The notes below the pieces were generated by a model. That model was not told where the DNA came from. It saw only the letters and a list, made by a program, of their open reading frames with translations, and searched no databases. Position numbers and translations under genes: made by a program. A stretch of 63,949 nucleotides of DNA, counting the filler, from Intoshia linei (Eukaryota; Animalia; Orthonectida): the NCBI GenBank assembly GCA_001642005.1. It is 4 parts of 4 records of this genome, joined end to end, with 100 filler letters (N's around TTAATTAATTAA, not from the genome) between each part and the next. Parts side by side here need not be neighbours in the genome. Positions count along the whole stretch, not along the records: positions 60,567 to 63,949 come from LWCA01002100.1; 3 more parts are not named here. The stretch is one strand, 5' to 3'. This document shows positions 60,567 to 63,949 of the stretch, in pieces. Every line of letters begins with the position of its first letter. The stretch's first letter is position 1.

Positions 60567-61366
60567 TAAATATTTGTTCTTGATCATACACTAGATATGA
60601 TATAAGAAAATGTCTTAAATTATGAACCAGGAATGTTTAAATTAATTAAAATTAGGGTGCCTAAGACTTATGTCGAGCACTGTATACTCAAATATAATAT
60701 AATTTAAACTCACATTAAAATTAAACTAAATCACTATATCATCAGAAATTTTTATCATAAAACTATGAAAATACGATAATTATATACTATCAATTATAAT
60801 TGAACATAATTATTTATAGCGCAGTTATACGTTATATGAATACGTTAGATATTTTTTCAAATCTAGTACAAATGGAATGTATGTGAATCGGCCTTTCATG
60901 ATGACCACTGAAATATTGTGACTGTAAAACTCTGACCACCAAAATATTAAAGTGGTCAAAACTGTATTTTTGGTGTTGAAACAGTATGAATTAAGTAAAA
61001 CAGTTAACAAAATAATAACCATCTAGCCATCATTTCGACATTCCTGAATTTGGTAGTTTAACTCCAAGACAATAATGCTTTTAAAAAATATAATTTTATT
61101 AAATACTCAATTAAAAAGATGGACCCCATTGATATACAATTAAAAAAATTTTGTCGAGGTCCCAGAAGAGATTTTGTGTGTATCGTTTATAAAAAGAATA
61201 TTAGGTTTCATATATAACCTCTAAATTGATTATTAACGATACAAATAGTCGGTCTGTTGTCGGGTCTAGGGTACGATAACTTCACCCTTCACACGTATTC
61301 ACAATCTAACTGTTAAATCACCAAAATTCTTTATTGAATGAATTTAAATAACATGATTTGTTTTAA

Positions 61367-63456
61367 TTACATTAATTCATAATGAGACATGTGATACTTT
61401 CTGATAATATCGCGACAATCATTAAATACTCGCTTAATATTTTCGGTATCAACTGCACATGTAAAGTGAGGGTAGCAGGAATGAGTGCTATCATGTTGGT
61501 TATTAATTTTCTAAAATAAGTATAATTACATAAATACATAGTGGAGCCTTCCGAAATGCACGGCAACACAACATTATTATGAATTAATTAACATTATTAT
61601 CAATGGGGAATGGGTGGACCGAATTTAAAATGGGAACATTTTCAATTTAATGATACATTTAAATGGTATGTTTCATCTGCACTGATTTTACATTGTAGAT
61701 TCCAAAACAGATGCGGAGAAACCGTTAGCGTGAGACGGGCGCAATGACTTCAAAACCAAAAAATTTTTAAGGCCACACATTCTAAACTTTATTAGTTAAA
61801 TAATAAAAAATGAATAAAATTTATTCAATAAATTTACAATGTACATGTTAATTTAATTAATGTAACCATTTTGCTATCCTAATTTATTACTAAATAAAAG
61901 AGTATTGATAATTTGGTGATTTTGTTTAGACACTTTAGAAAAAATTTGTATAAATATCATTAAAATTAAAAATTAGTTTGTTAATTAAATTTAAATTTAA
62001 CATAAATATAAAACAATTTTAAATTGTTAAAAGGCCGCATTTTCCCCACCTCTGGATCTACACTATACACATTCCTCTGTAACAGGGGTGTAAATTATGC
62101 AGCCCCCAATTATGAAATCTGCAGTATTATGTGTCATCACAAAAATTTTGACCCATATTTCTTTTTTCACATTATTTTCATGATTTATTTATTCCTAATT
62201 ACAATTTTAGCATAAATTATGCAGTTACTTCATTATTATTTTATTTTTTCTTATTTCATTTTATTAATTAATTAAAATTGTTAGTTTAATAATTATTAAA
62301 ATCATTATAATGATTTGAGTAAAGACATTTTTTTGTGTGGCTCGGGTAATATTTTTTTTCATATTTGGCCCTCTTAGCAATATGAGTCTGAAACCCAGGA
62401 TTGATTACACTCTGTAATTATCAATGTGTCTGTATGTTCGAGCGAACACAAGTCTTGAATCATGATTTCTGATGAACTTTAAATAAAACGTTTTCTGTGT
62501 GTGTTAACAGGCTACAACTTCTACCATTTGTAATTTTTTTTAATTCTAGGGCTGTTTTCATTAAAAAAAAGAATCATTTGTGGTTTTGGCCCTGAAGATA
62601 TATTTTTTTTAAAATTAAATTTATAATAATATTTATGATTTTAAAATTCGTAGAGTATGTATTTTTTTAATTTCTTAAACTTGTTTGATTTTCAAAAAAA
62701 AAACAATTGGTCCTTTTGACCCGTAAGATGTGAGTTTGGGGGATTGAAATTTATTTTTCTAACACCCCCAGCAAAAAACTATAATTTAAATATGGACTTT
62801 ATAAAATTCTAAGACTGGTAGTTATTGAAATAAACGGTAACACACAGACAAATAAATATTGCAAATCATATTATATATCTAAGGATATTACTATAAATTC
62901 GTCACGTATAAAATATTTGGCTTTCACGTAATTGGGATTCATACCACATTCATTTTTGACTAAATTTTTATTTTTAATAATAATACGTTTTTATCAATTT
63001 AAACTACATACGACAATGTGTTATGTATAACAATAATATTTTATTTCAATAATTTAAAAACGCTGGGGAAAATGGTAATAATATAATTAATGTACTCACC
63101 ATTATTAGGTAGTGTATATGTTTTGTATTGAGAAAAATAATTTTCAAGTTTTGCACATCCACTATTTATCTTTAATTTTAATATATCTTGTTTATTAAGG
63201 AATAATATTATTGGTATATTTTTTAGCCATCTAAAAAAAAATTCCAAATATTGCTAGTATTTATTTACATCATCACCGATTTGATAAAATGTCTGAAAAA
63301 ATGGAGATTGATTCTTGTAATTTATTACTATTTTCATCGTCAATCATTTTTAAGTTGTAACTTGAAGTTGATGTCACAAATATTATGGCGGTTACATCGT
63401 CAAAACACTGTGCCCATTTTTTGCGTTCATTACGTTGACCGCCCATGTCAAATATA
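61367..63456 (-). CDS. GNAS: Heterotrimeric G protein alpha subunit, Gs class (last four exons; 5' part lies beyond the window)
   Basis: Exons 63277-63456, 63100-63230, 62892-62959, 61367-61510 in frame: [17 protein letters not shown] (G3), ILFLNKQD (G4), [35 protein letters not shown] (G5), C-terminus [17 protein letters not shown] and YEL are Gs-diagnostic. Confidence 0.93.
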
Positions 63457-63949
63457 CTAAATATTATTCTTTTTAAATTTAAATATATTATTTATGATTA
63501 TAGTCCACTGGATAATGATCCTAACTTATATAATCCTGTCAGTTTATTTTAATTTAGTTTAGTTAATTACAGTTTTTTCGGGACGTGTATTAAGATAAAT
63601 TTCAACCTTCCAATTTCACATCTTACAGGTCAAAAACCCCAATTCTCCCTCTTTTTGAAAATCAAACGAGTTGGAGAATTTAAAAAAATATATACGCTGA
63701 TACGGATTTTAAAATCATAAACGTTATCATAAATTTAAAAAAATTATATCTTCAGGGCCAAAACCACAAATTCCCTTCCTTTTTTTTTGAAAACAGCTCT
63801 AGAATTAAAAAAAATTTGCAGGTTTTACAGTTGTATCTTGTTAATACACATAAAAAATTTCAATCCTAATAAGTGACGACTTCACGCTCAACAAAGTATT
63901 TTAGTATTCATATACATTTTTTCCGAAATATTTTATTAAAACAAAAAAT

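Noticed and set aside
20073-63456. Functional cluster of membrane and signalling genes (receptor, Ig, AQP, TGFBR, Gs)
   Set aside because: The genes are separated by artificial linkers, and animal gene order rarely implies a shared pathway.

Overview
This is very AT-rich eukaryotic (animal) genomic DNA, not prokaryotic. Genes are spliced, so the ORF track shows only exon fragments. Exon chains below were assembled by hand from GT..AG boundaries and phase checks. Seven protein-coding genes are supported: VCP/CDC48 (1125-7111, minus, 10 exons); a divergently transcribed KIAA1328/hinderin-like coiled-coil gene (7963-17233, plus); an orphan-architecture CUB-LDLa-MAM-MAM-LDLa(x3)-TM receptor with a proline/tyrosine/PDZ-type tail (20073-27824, plus); a 3-Ig GPI-anchored adhesion protein (41935-45610, plus); an unorthodox AQP11/12-type aquaporin (49947-50976, plus); an ALK4/5/7-type TGF-beta receptor with a mutated FKBP12 site (52413-54196, minus, 5' end unresolved); and the 3' part of a G-alpha-s-like gene (61367-63456, minus). 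Many introns are 36-53 nt with weak donors. With the AT richness this suggests a compacted parasite genome, possibly an orthonectid such as Intoshia (inference only). Intergenic and long-intron space holds decayed transposons: pogo/Tigger, Tc1/mariner, a 3.5-kb hATm-like element, many hAT MITEs with 8-bp TSDs (some nested three deep), and a PHD-FLYWCH-MULE element with a perfect 9-bp TSD inside a Gypsy pol. Three N44-TTAATTAATTAA-N44 blocks are artificial contig linkers, so adjacency across them is not biological evidence. No rRNA, tRNA or CRISPR array was recognised.
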